From: Phoronis australis | Lineage: Eukaryota > Animalia > Phoronida | Length of the DNA stretch: 64,000 nt | NCBI GenBank assembly: GCA_002633005.1 | Contig: NMRA01000194.1 | Location: 144,458-208,457, forward strand | Reading direction: 5' to 3' | Shown here: piece by piece, positions 45,101 through 56,923 of the stretch | Layout of the letters: every line of letters starts with the position of its first letter | Position numbering within the stretch: the stretch's first letter is position 1 | Made by a program: the position numbers and the translations under genes | Notes under the pieces: model-generated | Seen by the model: the letters and a program-made list of their open reading frames with translations, nothing else | Databases searched by the model: none | Told to the model about the DNA's origin: nothing

Positions 45101-48100
45101 CGGGCACCAGTAGTCGTAGCACTAAGTTGATACACGGTGGAGTGCGCTACCTGCAGAAGGCCATTTTTAATCTCGACCTGGAACAGTACCGCATGGTGAA
45201 GGAGGCGCTGAACGAGCGAGCAAACTTGCTTCAGATAGCTCCCCACCTCACCAACCCCCTGCCTATTATGCTGCCCGTGTACAAGTGAGTCTCATCTGTT
45301 GTGTCGTGTTTGGTAACGGACAGCAATGTGTCACATTAAGATGGCATAGTGGTCATTCGTGTCAAAAGATAATCTGCCTCTAATTGGTCATGTGATGGTG
45401 TCTTTTTTAGTAACATTTAGCATAAAGGAAAGGTACATTGATAGCAAAACAGCCTAATATCATTTTGTTTTTGTTTTGTGCAACTAATTTTTTTAGCCCC
45501 TCATGCATAAGTGGATCATTTTGAAAACAATTCCCAACAACGTTTTGGAGAACAGTGTGTAAAGCAGAGTGTCTGAAAATTTCATGTGAATTGAGGGTCT
45601 CCAATAATGTTAATGGTAAAATTGAACTAATTTAGGGCACATATAATATAATAATTGCAGGCGGTCTGATACACGTTGTATCAGACGTGCGCAGGCCTCG
45701 CATGTGGGCCCATTGCACTGATCACCTGGAAATATATATATGCTTCATTTATATATGGTTAAAACCGAGCTGAGGCGCTAGAAACCTGGCTCAAGGGTTT
45801 AGCAGTGTAACCTGGTGGGACTCGAACCCACGACCTCAAGTAAAGAAAGCGGGCACTTATCAACCAGGCCACACTGCCTCCTCATTTAGGGCACATCATG
45901 GCGGACAAGTAAAATTTCCTTTTTTCATCTTTTCTGTTGAAGATAAGTAGTAGAGAATAAATGCTATATCATTTTCAAAGCTACCTTGAAACAACGTTGC
46001 TAGAAACTGGGTACTGGCACTAACTTTCGAGGGCTTTTAGAAATGAAAAAGGGCCAGTTTTGGTTATTCTTTTTGTACAAAATCTTTGAGATTTCACGGT
46101 AGTATTCTCTTGAATAAGATTGTGTGTTGCGGGTATGTGAAATCTGTAAGATTTTACCGTAGTATTTTTTTGAATAAGATCAGTGCTTGGAATTTTCCTC
46201 TTTTTAGAGGATTTCCTCTTTTTTGGTTTTGATTTCCTCTTATTTGATTTCCAGTTTCCTCTTTTTTTCATCACTTTTTTATCATTATTTTGACTTTATT
46301 CATGCAAAAGCGTTACGTTTTGTAGTACACACCTATTTATTTGTGAACGTTAAGTCACCTGGAAAATTTTCCTCTTTTTTCGTCGTTGGTCTTTCCAAGC
46401 CCTGGATCATGTGCTTGGGTACTCCTCAAATAAAGGTTTGTGAAACTGATGAAGTCTTATATTTTTTTGCAGATGGTGGCAGGTGCCGTATTTCTGGGCT
46501 GGTCTCAAGGCGTACGACTTTGTAGCCGGTCGCAAGATTCTCAAACCCAGTTATTTCATACCCAAGTCAAAGGCTCTAGAGCTTTTTCCTATGCTTAAGA
46601 AAGATAAACTAGTCGGTGCTATTGTTTACTACGATGGTATGTAATAGTATGCTCATACTCATATTAATTAACGTATCATAGTGAAGCACGTACTGTTGAG
46701 ATGAACAAGGGGTGTGTGCAACTTCATGGAAACTTTCAAAAGGTACTTTTAGCATGACGTGACTGCAAACGTTTGTAAGGATTGACGCAAATTTCTGTGA
46801 GTTGACTTGGGCCATGGAACCGTATTGCTGTAGGTATTATGCTTGATGTCATTAGAAGTTGCTGCGATGTTCCCTTTTAAATCGGTGTTATTCTCTTGTT
46901 CAGGGGCACAGAACGACGCCAGGATGAACTTGTCATTGGCCCTGTCCTCTGCCAGGATGGGAGCTAACATCTGTAACCATGTGGAAGTACTGGAGCTGTT
47001 GAAGAGTTCTGATGGGAACAAAAAGGTTGTAACTGGGGCAAAGGTCAGGGACAGGGTCACGGGTGAGTGATGACTATTGCATTCGATGGCTAACTTTCCT
47101 ATAGTGTACGAAATGTCTGCCGATATAGGAGTCTTCACAATTGTTCCACATTTTTAGGATTCGACACAGTTACAGGGAGCTATTTTATTTAAAGGATCGT
47201 TGCGCCTGGAGTTTAGGTTTCCATGTTGAATTTTAACCTAACGCTTTGGGGCTTAAAATCATTACCATGCTTATCCATACCTGAACTGTTGCTGAATGAG
47301 CTGGCAACTCGAGTAACAAACCTTGTGTACATGCGTCATTTTCAAATTTGCAATTGTTTATGGTTGGCTAATGCCGATAAACTCTGAAGTGTTTTTGTAA
47401 GTCGCTGTTGGTTTCTATATTTTGTTGATAATAGAACTCGAATTCTATCATGGTAAAGAATATTATGAGTGAGATTGTATGAGGTTAGGTGGCTTAATTC
47501 ATTTTTCATTTTTTAGCCGTTGAATACTGAGGGAATACACTTTTTAATCATTGTAGTGTTGTAGTGTCATTAAAGGGATTTTTCTTTCATAATCACTGTA
47601 ATGGCAACACCATTATAAATCAGGTCACTCGTCACACGAAATAATTTCCATCCTGGAACAGCTTTTTTGAGGCTTTGGCAAGGGGCTGAAGCCATTAATT
47701 TGACAGTGTTTGCCAACTCTTTCGAAATTATACTGCTTCATATCAGTTGCCAAGATCTTTATTTTCATGTTTAGGTAGTAAATTGGTTAAAGCTGGGTTT
47801 AGTATGATCAAAAAGTGAATCTTTGTATTTTAATTCCCTATCGTTTTGTTCTTTCTACAGGTGAGATATTCAAAATTCGAGCTAAGTGTGTGGTCAATGC
47901 AACTGGCCCCTTTACAGACTCAATTCGCAAGATGGACAACCCAAACATCAGGTCTATCTGTGCACCAAGCTCTGGTGTACATATTATATTACCTGACTAT
48001 TACAGGTGAGCACATGTAGTGATTAAGTTTGATGACTTTAATCACATTCTTGCGAGTCAGTTTGCTTACTTACTTGCTGCCGTGCATTTCATTAATGACA

Positions 48101-51100
48101 ATCATGCAGAATCTGTTGTCAACCCTTCCAAAGCAGGAGGAGGCGATGTGGCCCAGTGGGTTGAGTGCCTGCCTCCTGTTCACTTGGATGTAGTTTCAAA
48201 TCTCGCTGCACCCCACTGCTGGACCCAACTGCTGGACCCAACTGCTGGACCCAACTGCTGGACCCAACTGCTGGACCCCACTACTGGACCCTTGTGTCAG
48301 ATCTCTAGCTCCTTAGCTCAGTCTAATTTGTCTATACGTATTATGCGTGTCGATGAAAAAGGATTTCAGGTGTTTTGTGCAATGGGCCCATCTGAATGTT
48401 CTGTGCATGTCTGCAGCGTGTTTCAGACCACTTGCACTATTTTTTCCAAGTTTTTAATAGTTGTTGAAAATGCGATCACTCTGGTTTAACATTTTAAATT
48501 AACTATGGTGAAACTTGTCTACAGAATAGTTGAACATTATTCCATAATTTCATAGTAGACAAGTTTTACAAAATTAATATGGTTCAATGTTTTGTACTTA
48601 ATATTATTGACATTAAACAATATTCAATTTGCTTTATCGCATTAATGTTAATGAAATATCTGCCTGGTTGGGATCTGTCTACATTTGGGTGTTCAAACTT
48701 AGCTCAGGTCTCTTCATTTGTAAGCCCTGCAAATATGTCTCTGTAATCCTACTTCTACTTTATGGTGTAGAAGTCACTTCATTATGTACAGGTCTACTAC
48801 AGTACTAGAAAAAAATAACCAGACAAAATACCGTTCCTGTCCTTAGGGCTGATGCTGTTAACAATAAAAATGGCTGGAAACGACTATTACGGCGGGAAAT
48901 TCCAATTAGGTAATGGCTTAATTATCTGCTAATTCCCCTTCATTCTCAGTCGTACGATGAATTAGACTTCAGCCTAGCCATCATGACAGTGAATCCTGGG
49001 TAATTTGGTCTGAACGCTTGTGTCTCGGTCTGAATGCTTGTGTCCTGGTCTGAATGTCTCGTACTGTAGGAATGTTGCTGGCAATGTAACGTAACCTGCT
49101 GATGCCCAATAGTTGTTGTCATTTTTTGCAGTCCACAAAACATGGGACTACTCGACCCCTCGACATCTGATGGACGTGTCATCTTTTTCCTACCCTGGCT
49201 CAATCACACCATCGCTGGTGAGTTGCAACGCGAGACTGCGTGTGCTTTCGATGGCCCATAGTCTTAAGCATGAGGCTAATGTATATGCCAGAAATAGATT
49301 ATATAAATCTTGGGATATGCAATTGTAGTCCTCCATTAAAGTGGTTCCTTAAAATCTCACCAACATAGGACGCAATATGACCAAATTAAAGAAATCTTGG
49401 CAAAGATCTGTTATAATGAGCCTGTATTTTGAGAACCAGTTTTCTCCACTGAATAATGGGCATCAAACTGGTTCTCAAAACGCGGGCACATTATATCAGA
49501 CTGTTGCCAAAACCTTAACAAGTTTTTTGTATGAAGCATGTGTAGTACCAAAATTCAGTGCTTTTCCGTGTTCAAGTTTTGCATCATAACGACTATTAGA
49601 CAAAGTTTTGAAAAATGGCGGCATCCACAGCAATGTTAGAAGCCCTTAAAAATTACGAGAAGGCAATTTTGGTAATTATTTTTGTTCGAAATTGATGAGG
49701 TTTTGTCGTAACCATTAATCCCTGTGGTTTTATGACCGACAATTAATTAAAGTTAATTATAACTTTTAATACGTTGTTGAAAGTCAACATGGCATGTTAT
49801 TTGTTCATAGTATCTAAAAACCCATCTTCTGTCTCACAAACTAAATTATGATCTTGATCCTTTACCATGACTGTGAAATTGCCTTCAAATTGTATGTTTC
49901 TGGGGCTAGAAATAAAAGCTTTTCGTAGTTTGAGGCCCATCGTTTGAGACCCAGTTCAACAAGTCATCTCGTCAGTACCGGGCACGGTCTCGGTCAATAA
50001 CCAACAGCCAGTTTTTCCCAATCCCAGAAACCACTTTGTATCCGAGTTCGCAGCAAGTTGAGATCAGTTTTGTGTCTGGTTGATGGCCTAAATCAAAAGT
50101 CAGTTTCTTTGACGAAGCTCGAGTATGCAATTGCTCTACTGCTTACAGAGGATGGAGTCCCTGTGACTTGGTGACGTTCTGTGATGGATCTTCTTCGCCG
50201 GAAATTTTTTGACATTTTGAGAATTCTGTGACAGAATGTGAGCCAAGTGGTTCGTGTCAGTGTTTTGTTGATTTTACAGTTAAATTATGCTGCGTCAAGT
50301 GGTGTTTTTTTTTTCTTAAATTGTAAAATTATGAAATACATCATTATGACTGACAAATATTTTATCTCGCGCGTGTGTCGAGGCAAACTTGATGTGACTT
50401 ACACGTGCAAATAGCAACAAAACAGCCGTGACAATTGACCGTGTGACATTTTGAAAATTTTGAAATGTGGCAAATTGAGACTTGCCATCCATTTTGTGCA
50501 TTTGCAGTCGCTACTCGAACTGTAGCATCAGCTCATGTCCAGGTAGTAAGTACTCTCATGTACTACTGGTTTCCACCCCAATCTTCACATTGAAAAATGC
50601 TGTATCCGAGACTTGCCAATTGTTTTCTCAGGTACGACAGATAATAAATGTGAACTGACAGACAACCCTTGTCCAACTGAGGCCGAGGTAGAGTTCATAC
50701 TGAGTGAGATTAAACATTACCTCAGTACAGATGTTCATGGTAAGTCATAACTAGAAGCTTATTTCAATAACTAAAGTGCAAGTTAAAATCTGATCTTGTT
50801 GGAGAGAAAGCAAAATAAAGCAATGCCTCCTTATGGACTTGAAAGGCTGCAAATCCTGGATGTTAGTATTACTTGTTACAGGGCTTGGAATTTTCCGCGG
50901 AAACGCGGATTTCCGCTTTTTTCAAATATTCTGTCCGCGTATTTTATTATATTTCCGCGTAAAAAAAAATCGAATTTGGTATAAAATTTCTGCGGCAAAT
51001 TTTTTTCTCACCGCGGCGTTGCCGACGACTTTCACCTCAAAAAGCGGAAGTTGCTCTTTATGTTTCGAAGGAACATAAATTGTCATCATTGACGGGGCAC

Positions 51101-54100
51101 ATGGGACATGGTGGTTTTCTTCAATGGCGTCTCGTGAGATTGTAAATCGCGGTGACAAATACTACGACTCTGTGTGGAGGTGGGAGTGGACGGACGAGCT
51201 AAAATGACACAAACGCATGCTTCCGGAGGTGATACCTTTTATTTTTTTAGTCCTCCCGATTGTTTGTCAGCACAAGGTCCGCATCGACAAAAATTCGAGC
51301 ACCCCCCCATTTTCAAGGCTGGGTGCGCATGTTTCGGGCCGTAAAAATTTTGCTTTTTTGTCATGGGTCATTCCAAGCCCTGTCATTGCATGGAGGGAGA
51401 GTAGTCTGAATATCCAGGGAGGAGCTCCTGGCCGATTATCATCATTTTATTTTGACTACCTGAAGAACAGCAAGATTCATCGTCGTCTTGTATTTTGTTG
51501 TGAACAAGTCTGGAAGTTCTTTTTTTTAAAAAACAGTGTTACAGAAAAAGCGACGAGCGGTGTGTCACAGATGAAAATAAAATATCCGGTGGTTTTTTTG
51601 ATGACACTGAAAACAGACACTGTGGTTTTATTTGTTTTTTTAATACACGCCCACATAGTTGTTTGAATCTAACGAAAATTGAAATGTGGTGTTAATTACA
51701 AGTACTGGCACCATGTCCCAAGAACTATTTGTGAAGCCGTATTAGAAATTCACCAGCATAGTGTCACATGTGATTGATCGAGATTGGTTAGAATCAACCA
51801 AAACTTTTTGATGACTTACGTATAAAAGAATGCTCTGCTTTGTGAAATTGACACTAGTTGCCTTATTTCCTAATAACTAATTCCAGTAAGACGGGGTGAC
51901 GTCCTCTCTGCATGGGCTGGAGTTCGTCCTCTCGTCTCTGACCCCAACGCTAAGGACACGCAGTCTATCGCCAGGAATCACATCATTGAAGTCAGTTCTG
52001 ACAACCTGATTACCATCGCAGGTAAATTGTCTTTGGTAGATGCTGCTGAATATTATCTTAACTTAATTTACAAACTCGATGTGCAGCATTGCAATTCTTT
52101 AATGAAGCACTTTAAATTTCGGTTTCGCTAATTGAAGGGTGTTACCATAAAGTGGAAACTTACCTTTTTTGAAAGAGTTGTGGTGGCATTCGGAGTTACT
52201 TACTGTAAAAGGTAAGAACCTTTTCTATAAAAATTAAATTAATGTGAAAATAGAAGTTCCTTATACAGGAAGTGGTGACACAGTAGGTTTTGCTACGTGC
52301 TACATTTTTCGCCTACCTTTCAGTCGTTTTAACGATACTCAATATCTTAGATATAAGAAGATTTCAGTTCCAGCACCATTGTCTAACAATTGTGCTTTTG
52401 ACTTTATAGCAAAGATGCCCGAAATAAGAAATTAAAACAACAGCGATTGTGCCGGTCAGGCACACAGTGTTTGTATTGGGGATCTTGCTTAAACTGTCTC
52501 ACTTACTACTTGAAGAATGGTTGATATCGTATTTATAAAAAGTCACCAATAAAAAGATTCAAAATATGTTTCACATTATAAGTAAAATGCGTCAAATTGG
52601 CAAAAATGACTTCATAATGTAATGCTTGTTTTTACCTGGATTTTTTTCTGGTGGACATAATTCTTCTGCAAACAAAGCTTTTTGGCATTGTTCCGACGTA
52701 CAGGCATTCCCTGATTAAAAGCAGATGATTTCATGGGAGTTTTCAAAGTTGGTGTAAACTAAGGCTCAGTCAAGGATTGCAGGACAAAATTTTAATGCAG
52801 ATTTGGTCGAAGTTACAAAACATTGAAACTGAACTGGTGCCTATTTGATTGTGTATATTGTTATTTTGCCAGGTGGCAAGTGGACCACGTATCGGCACAT
52901 GGCTGAGGAAACTGTAGACAAAGCGGTTGAAGTGTGTGGCCTCAAACCAGCAAGTGGTTGTAAGACTGAAGGTCTGCTGGTAGATGGCGCTCACGGCTGG
53001 TCTCCCAATATGTTCATCAGACTCATCCAGGATTATGGCCTCGAAAGTTCCGTATGTTCCATTTCGTTTGGTATACTCGAAATGAAATTCGGCTACCTGT
53101 TGTTTCAAAGGTCAAAGCGAAAACGCTGCCACTGACTTAAAGTTGATGATTTTTATAATCAGATTTCAGCACCATCTTAGTAAATACTGAATTTAAGACT
53201 TTTAATAAAACAGTCCTGCGAACTTCTCATTTTCAAACAACCCGTTTGATTTGGATGACCTAAAAATTTTCATTCTGCATGTTACGCAGTCATTGTAATA
53301 ATGAAATCAAATCGCATTTTGTTCTGAAATAAAGATCAGTGACCCGTCTTACAAAAATACTACAGCCAAGCACTAAGTGTCAGGTAATCGATAGGTCCTT
53401 ACAAATCTAAAAGGAAATGAATATGGTTAACTAGTTGACTATATTTACCCCAAACTTATCCTAGTATGTTTTTGTTATATCATAAATTTTCATTTACCAA
53501 AGATTGCTTCAAGTTGTAATAATTTCACCTTAATCAAGGCTTGGAATTTTCCTCTTTTAATAAGATGATTTCCTGTTTTTGATTTGGATTTCCTCTTGTT
53601 TGATTTGGATTTCCTCTTGTTTGATTTCTAGTTTCCTCTTCTTTTGTCTCCTTTTATAATGATTATGACTTCATTCATGCAAAAAATATTTCTTGCTGTT
53701 AAATTTTGCAAAAACAAAAATATTTCTATCACATAATCCTATTAATTTGTAGAACAATACATCACATCAAAAAATTTTCCTCTTTTTTGTCATTTATCAT
53801 TCCATGCCCTGCTTAATGAATACAATCCTCATTTGTCCCAGTTGGTATGTCGATAATGTCACCTGAAATATTGGTGATTTGTACAGGTAGCCCAGCACTT
53901 GTCTGACACCTACGGTGACAAGGCGTTCAAAGTGGCTAAGTTGTGTAACCTTACAGGACATAGGTGGCCTGTGGTGGGCAGGAGGCTACATGCTGAGTTC
54001 CCTTACCTGGAGGCTGAGGTGAGAGTCATGAGAGGCGTTGAGGCGAGTGTGATACAACTGTGGTGGAAAGTCTTAAATTGTGACCGTGAAAATTGTTGGA

Positions 54101-56923
54101 AATTTGGGCTAATTCCATTGACTGGCAGTGTAGGCTTTGCATAGAGATTGTCAAAATAAGCGGTTTCAGAAAGTGCAATCAAACAAGTTTATGAGAGACA
54201 TTTATTTCATTAGCTCTTGTCATTGTTAGTGTTTTATACACACCCCTGGAAATATTACTGGCATTGTATCCAGGTTATCATTCCTTCTCTTATATTCACC
54301 CACTTCCATGACCAAGCTCAGAGGAGTAGGAGCCATCTTTGTGCAACGCTCAATTGTCTGCCAATAAAGCCAGGATTTGAACCCGGGTCTCCCAAACTGA
54401 AGTCTAGAGCTCAAACCACTGAGCTCTACTGCAGTGTTTTACATTAATGTTCTGTTACACCCAAGCTTAGTTTTGAGGTATGAGAAAAGAAAAAATATGC
54501 AATTTTCCGATTTAGCGCAGGTTTCAGCCTGAAATTCTCAGCGGAGATTTTAGTAACTAGCATGTTATTGATACAGTATATTGCGTTTTCCTTTTAGGTG
54601 GTCCAGGCCTGTCGAGAGTACGCAGCTCGTGCTGTGGACGTGATCGCGCGGCGCACTCGTCTCGCTTTCCTGAATGTACATGCCGCCGAGGAGGCTCTTC
54701 CTCGTATTGTTGAAATCATGGCCAAGGAACTGAACTGGGACAAAAAGAAGCAGAAGGCAGGTTTATTGTCGGGTCTACGCAGCTGTTGTATTGCTGTTCC
54801 CCCAAAAGTGTTGTGAAAAATGACCCAGAATTCCCCTGTCATGATGAATAGATCGTCACAATTGTTTTCTCTCGTGACCGAGAATGAAGGGGAATTAACG
54901 GTAAAATTAGTAAGGTGCCGAAGTATTTTGTTATTAGAATATTGCGGCCCTGATAGTTTTATCCATTGATTTTTGTTTAACAGAGTTAGTCATCATGACA
55001 GGAAAACGGTGCTTTGTCTGATTACTTTTGTCTTGTATTGTACATACACGCTGAATCCAAGAACGGATATAAAACCACAGGATCGTGGCTGTCGACAGTG
55101 TTTCGTTTTTCTGAACTGCAGGTGTTTTTTCCACATAAGGAATTTTTCCTTCTTACTCTTTTCTGAATGTACAAATTATAAGTCAATTCAACTACACAAA
55201 CACTCAAAATGTGTCTCAAACATTACGCGCTGTGAAAGAAAATTACTTCTTTCCCCTATCAGATTGGTTAGAATATCACAAAAGAAGTGGTTATTTTTGA
55301 CGGGGTTTGTATACCCTCCCAAAGTTTCGCTTTCGACCAATCGCAGTTGATGCCCTGGTTCTCTGTGTGTTACAAACTAATGGGCGACTCATAAGTCACC
55401 TGACGGCACTAGTGAAACAAGAGTCCTATCTGTAGAAATGACTGTATTTAGGCAATGATGTGGAAATGTTAGCCCACAGTTGTCCTCATTTTGATGAAAT
55501 ACTTTCTGCTCTCAAATCTGTTCAGAGAATGTGTTTTAATATCTTTTAGCAAAATACTGACCGTATTCACGCCACCTACTGAACATAAGAGTCACCCATT
55601 GCTAGCTTGGCTATGAAAATTTTGAGACCTGTTTCTAGTCTAAATAAACTATTTTGAAATGCTCATTTTTGTTTAGTTACTTGGAATGAACTGTTTTTTT
55701 TTAAAGAAAAAAATTAAGTAAGCTAATGTGTCTGTTGCTTTTTGAAGGAGGAACTTGAACACTGTAAGCGTTTCCTCACCTTGGAGATGGGTTTGAATCT
55801 GAAGAAAGATGTCCAGTCTGTGCCGGTCAACTTCACGAAAGAGGAGGTCGCTTCGTACACACAGAGGTTCAAGGCCCTGGACACGGCCAACAAAGGTTAC
55901 ATCACAACAGCTGACCTCAAGAAACACTTTAAGGTGTGATGTCATCAAATGAGATTCAGGAAAACATTTTGTTTGGTGTAGCTATACAGGAACATGTTTT
56001 ATAAATAATTCCTATGCTCAGTCGTTGCTAAGACTGTTTACAGTATGTGATGGAATATACTTCAGCTGCAATGTTTCATTCTTAAACAAAACACAGCATC
56101 GTGTTCGCCGCCATGCACTTGTTACCTGCTATTACTGAGAATGCGACTTTTGATTAATCGGGCCTCTGAACTTTAAATTGTAAGAGATTATTGGTAATTA
56201 AAACCCAAACTGCTAGAACTATGGTATATACTGCTCAAATTTGTGAATTCTGTTCGAAGACCCCAATTCTGACAAAGAAATTACATTCTTTTTCTGTTAT
56301 CGCAAAAAATAAAGGTCTGTACTCAATCGGGCTTATAACACAGAGGACTTGACTTGTGTCTATTTCAAGAAAGCGAGATTTTTTTGTGAAAAATCAATGT
56401 ACGAAACAAAAGCAAATAATGTGAGCAAATTAACCAAGCAGGTAGTGCAATTCTTAGTTTGTTTAAGATAACGCTTAATTTCGTTAGGTTGACATGGTCA
56501 TTTATCAACTCACCTATCACTTGCTCTGTGCCAGAGGAATGTTGCATGATCTTGCGACACTCGAAGTAGATATTTACCTTCAGTGGTGGATTTGGGGGGC
56601 AGCCGACAGATAGTAAATAGAAAAAATAATGTGAACTAAGGTTTTGCATTTATTTTGTTGCGGCTAATTGTGTGCATGTACTATTGTGTTTGTGCATGTG
56701 CTGGGGGCTGGGGGGGAGATGCACATATCACAAAATAAGAACTGTTGAGCCCCTCATGATATCATAGATCTGCCACACACCTTATTGCTTGTGCCTGATC
56801 CTTCAGTCTGTGTTGTTCTTACAGAGCACTGGTGAACCAGTGACTGAACAACAGTTACGTGACATTTTGAATGAAGTGGATGTCAACAAAAATGGCATGG
56901 TGGAGATCGGGGAATACCTTCAG
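42059..56923 (+). CDS. GPD2: Mitochondrial FAD-dependent glycerol-3-phosphate dehydrogenase; 14 coding exons (682 codons), terminal exon not found in window
   Basis: Exons 42059-42157, 43178-43349, 45062-45284, 46473-46636, 46904-47062, 47861-48005, 49132-49217, 50632-50739, 51887-52021, 52873-53051, 53887-54018, 54598-54756, 55748-55933 and 56825-56923 splice in consistent phase. Motifs: [81 protein letters not shown], and EF-hands. Confidence 0.96.
43178..43349 (+). CDS. GPD2: GPD2 exon (FAD-binding GxG motif)
   Basis: [40 protein letters not shown]/GT flanks. Confidence 0.93.
45062..45284 (+). CDS. GPD2: GPD2 exon
   Basis: [24 protein letters not shown]...PIMLPVYK. Confidence 0.96.
45643..45883 (-). 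mobile_element. tRNA-derived SINE with 13-bp TSD
   Basis: - strand head GAGGAGGCAGTGTGGCCTGGTTGA...GGTTCGAGTCCC (A and B boxes), (TAT)n-like tail, ATTTAGGGCACAT duplicated at 45630-45642 and 45884-45896. Confidence 0.9.
46181..46404. mobile_element. MITE of the CAGGGCTTGGAA-ended family
   Basis: cagtgcttgga..tccaagccctg with internal GATTTCCTCT repeats; a homologous copy lies at 53535-53811. Confidence 0.7.
46473..46636 (+). CDS. GPD2: GPD2 exon
   Basis: WWQVPYFWAGLKAYDFVAG...LELFPMLKKDKLVGAIVYYDG. Confidence 0.95.
46904..47062 (+). CDS. GPD2: GPD2 exon
   Basis: GAQNDARMNLSLALSSARMGA..NHVEV...GAKVRDRVTG. Confidence 0.95.
47861..48005 (+). CDS. GPD2: GPD2 exon
   Basis: IRAKCVVNATGPFTDSIRKMD...PSSGVHIILPDYY. 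Confidence 0.95.
48135..48291 (+). repeat. Degraded SINE head followed by a 13-bp minisatellite (ACTGCTGGACCCA) x ~6
   Basis: GGAGGAGGCGATGTGGCCCAGTGG resembles the head of the SINE at 45883; tandem units at 48212-48291. Confidence 0.75.
49132..49217 (+). CDS. GPD2: GPD2 exon
   Basis: PQNMGLLDPSTSDGRVIFFLPWLNHTIAG. Confidence 0.95.
50632..50739 (+). CDS. GPD2: GPD2 exon
   Basis: GTTDNKCELTDNPCPTEAEVEFILSEIKHYLSTDVH. Confidence 0.94.
50879..51382. mobile_element. MITE with TIR CAGGGCTTGGAA/TTCCAAGCCCTG (hAT-like termini)
   Basis: Perfect 12-bp TIR and CpG-rich body; no clear TSD. Confidence 0.7.
51887..52021 (+). CDS. GPD2: GPD2 exon
   Basis: VRRGDVLSAWAGVRPLVSDPNAKDTQSIARNH...LITIAG. Confidence 0.95.
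52873..53051 (+). CDS. GPD2: GPD2 exon
   Basis: GKWTTYRHMAEETVD...GAHGWSPNMFIRLIQDYGLESS. Confidence 0.95.
53535..53811. mobile_element. MITE of the CAGGGCTTGGAA-ended family
   Basis: caaggcttggaa..ttccatgccctg, homologous to 46181-46404, flanked by CTTAAT on both sides. Confidence 0.7.
53887..54018 (+). CDS. GPD2: GPD2 exon
   Basis: VAQHLSDTYGDKAF...RWPVVGRRLHAEFPYLEAE. Confidence 0.95.
54180..54435 (-). mobile_element. tRNA-derived SINE (second family)
   Basis: - strand GCAGTAGAGCTCAGTGGTT...CCCGGGTTCAAATCCTGGC with A and B boxes; 3' end approximate. Confidence 0.7.
54598..54756 (+). CDS. GPD2: GPD2 exon ending at a GC donor
   Basis: [27 protein letters not shown]...ELNWDKKKQK|GCAGGT. 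Confidence 0.9.
55748..55933 (+). CDS. GPD2: GPD2 exon (EF-hand 1 region)
   Basis: EELEHCKRFLTLEMG...RFKALDTANKGYITTADLKKHFK. Confidence 0.93.
56825..56923 (+). CDS. GPD2: GPD2 exon (EF-hand 2)
   Basis: LRDILNEVDVNKNGMVEIGEYLQ, a canonical EF loop. Confidence 0.94.

Noticed and set aside
45806-45883. tRNA genes here and at 19386, 31541, 48135 and 54370
   Set aside because: A and B boxes only, with no complete cloverleaf; embedded in repeats, one with a TSD and tail, so they are SINE-type heads.
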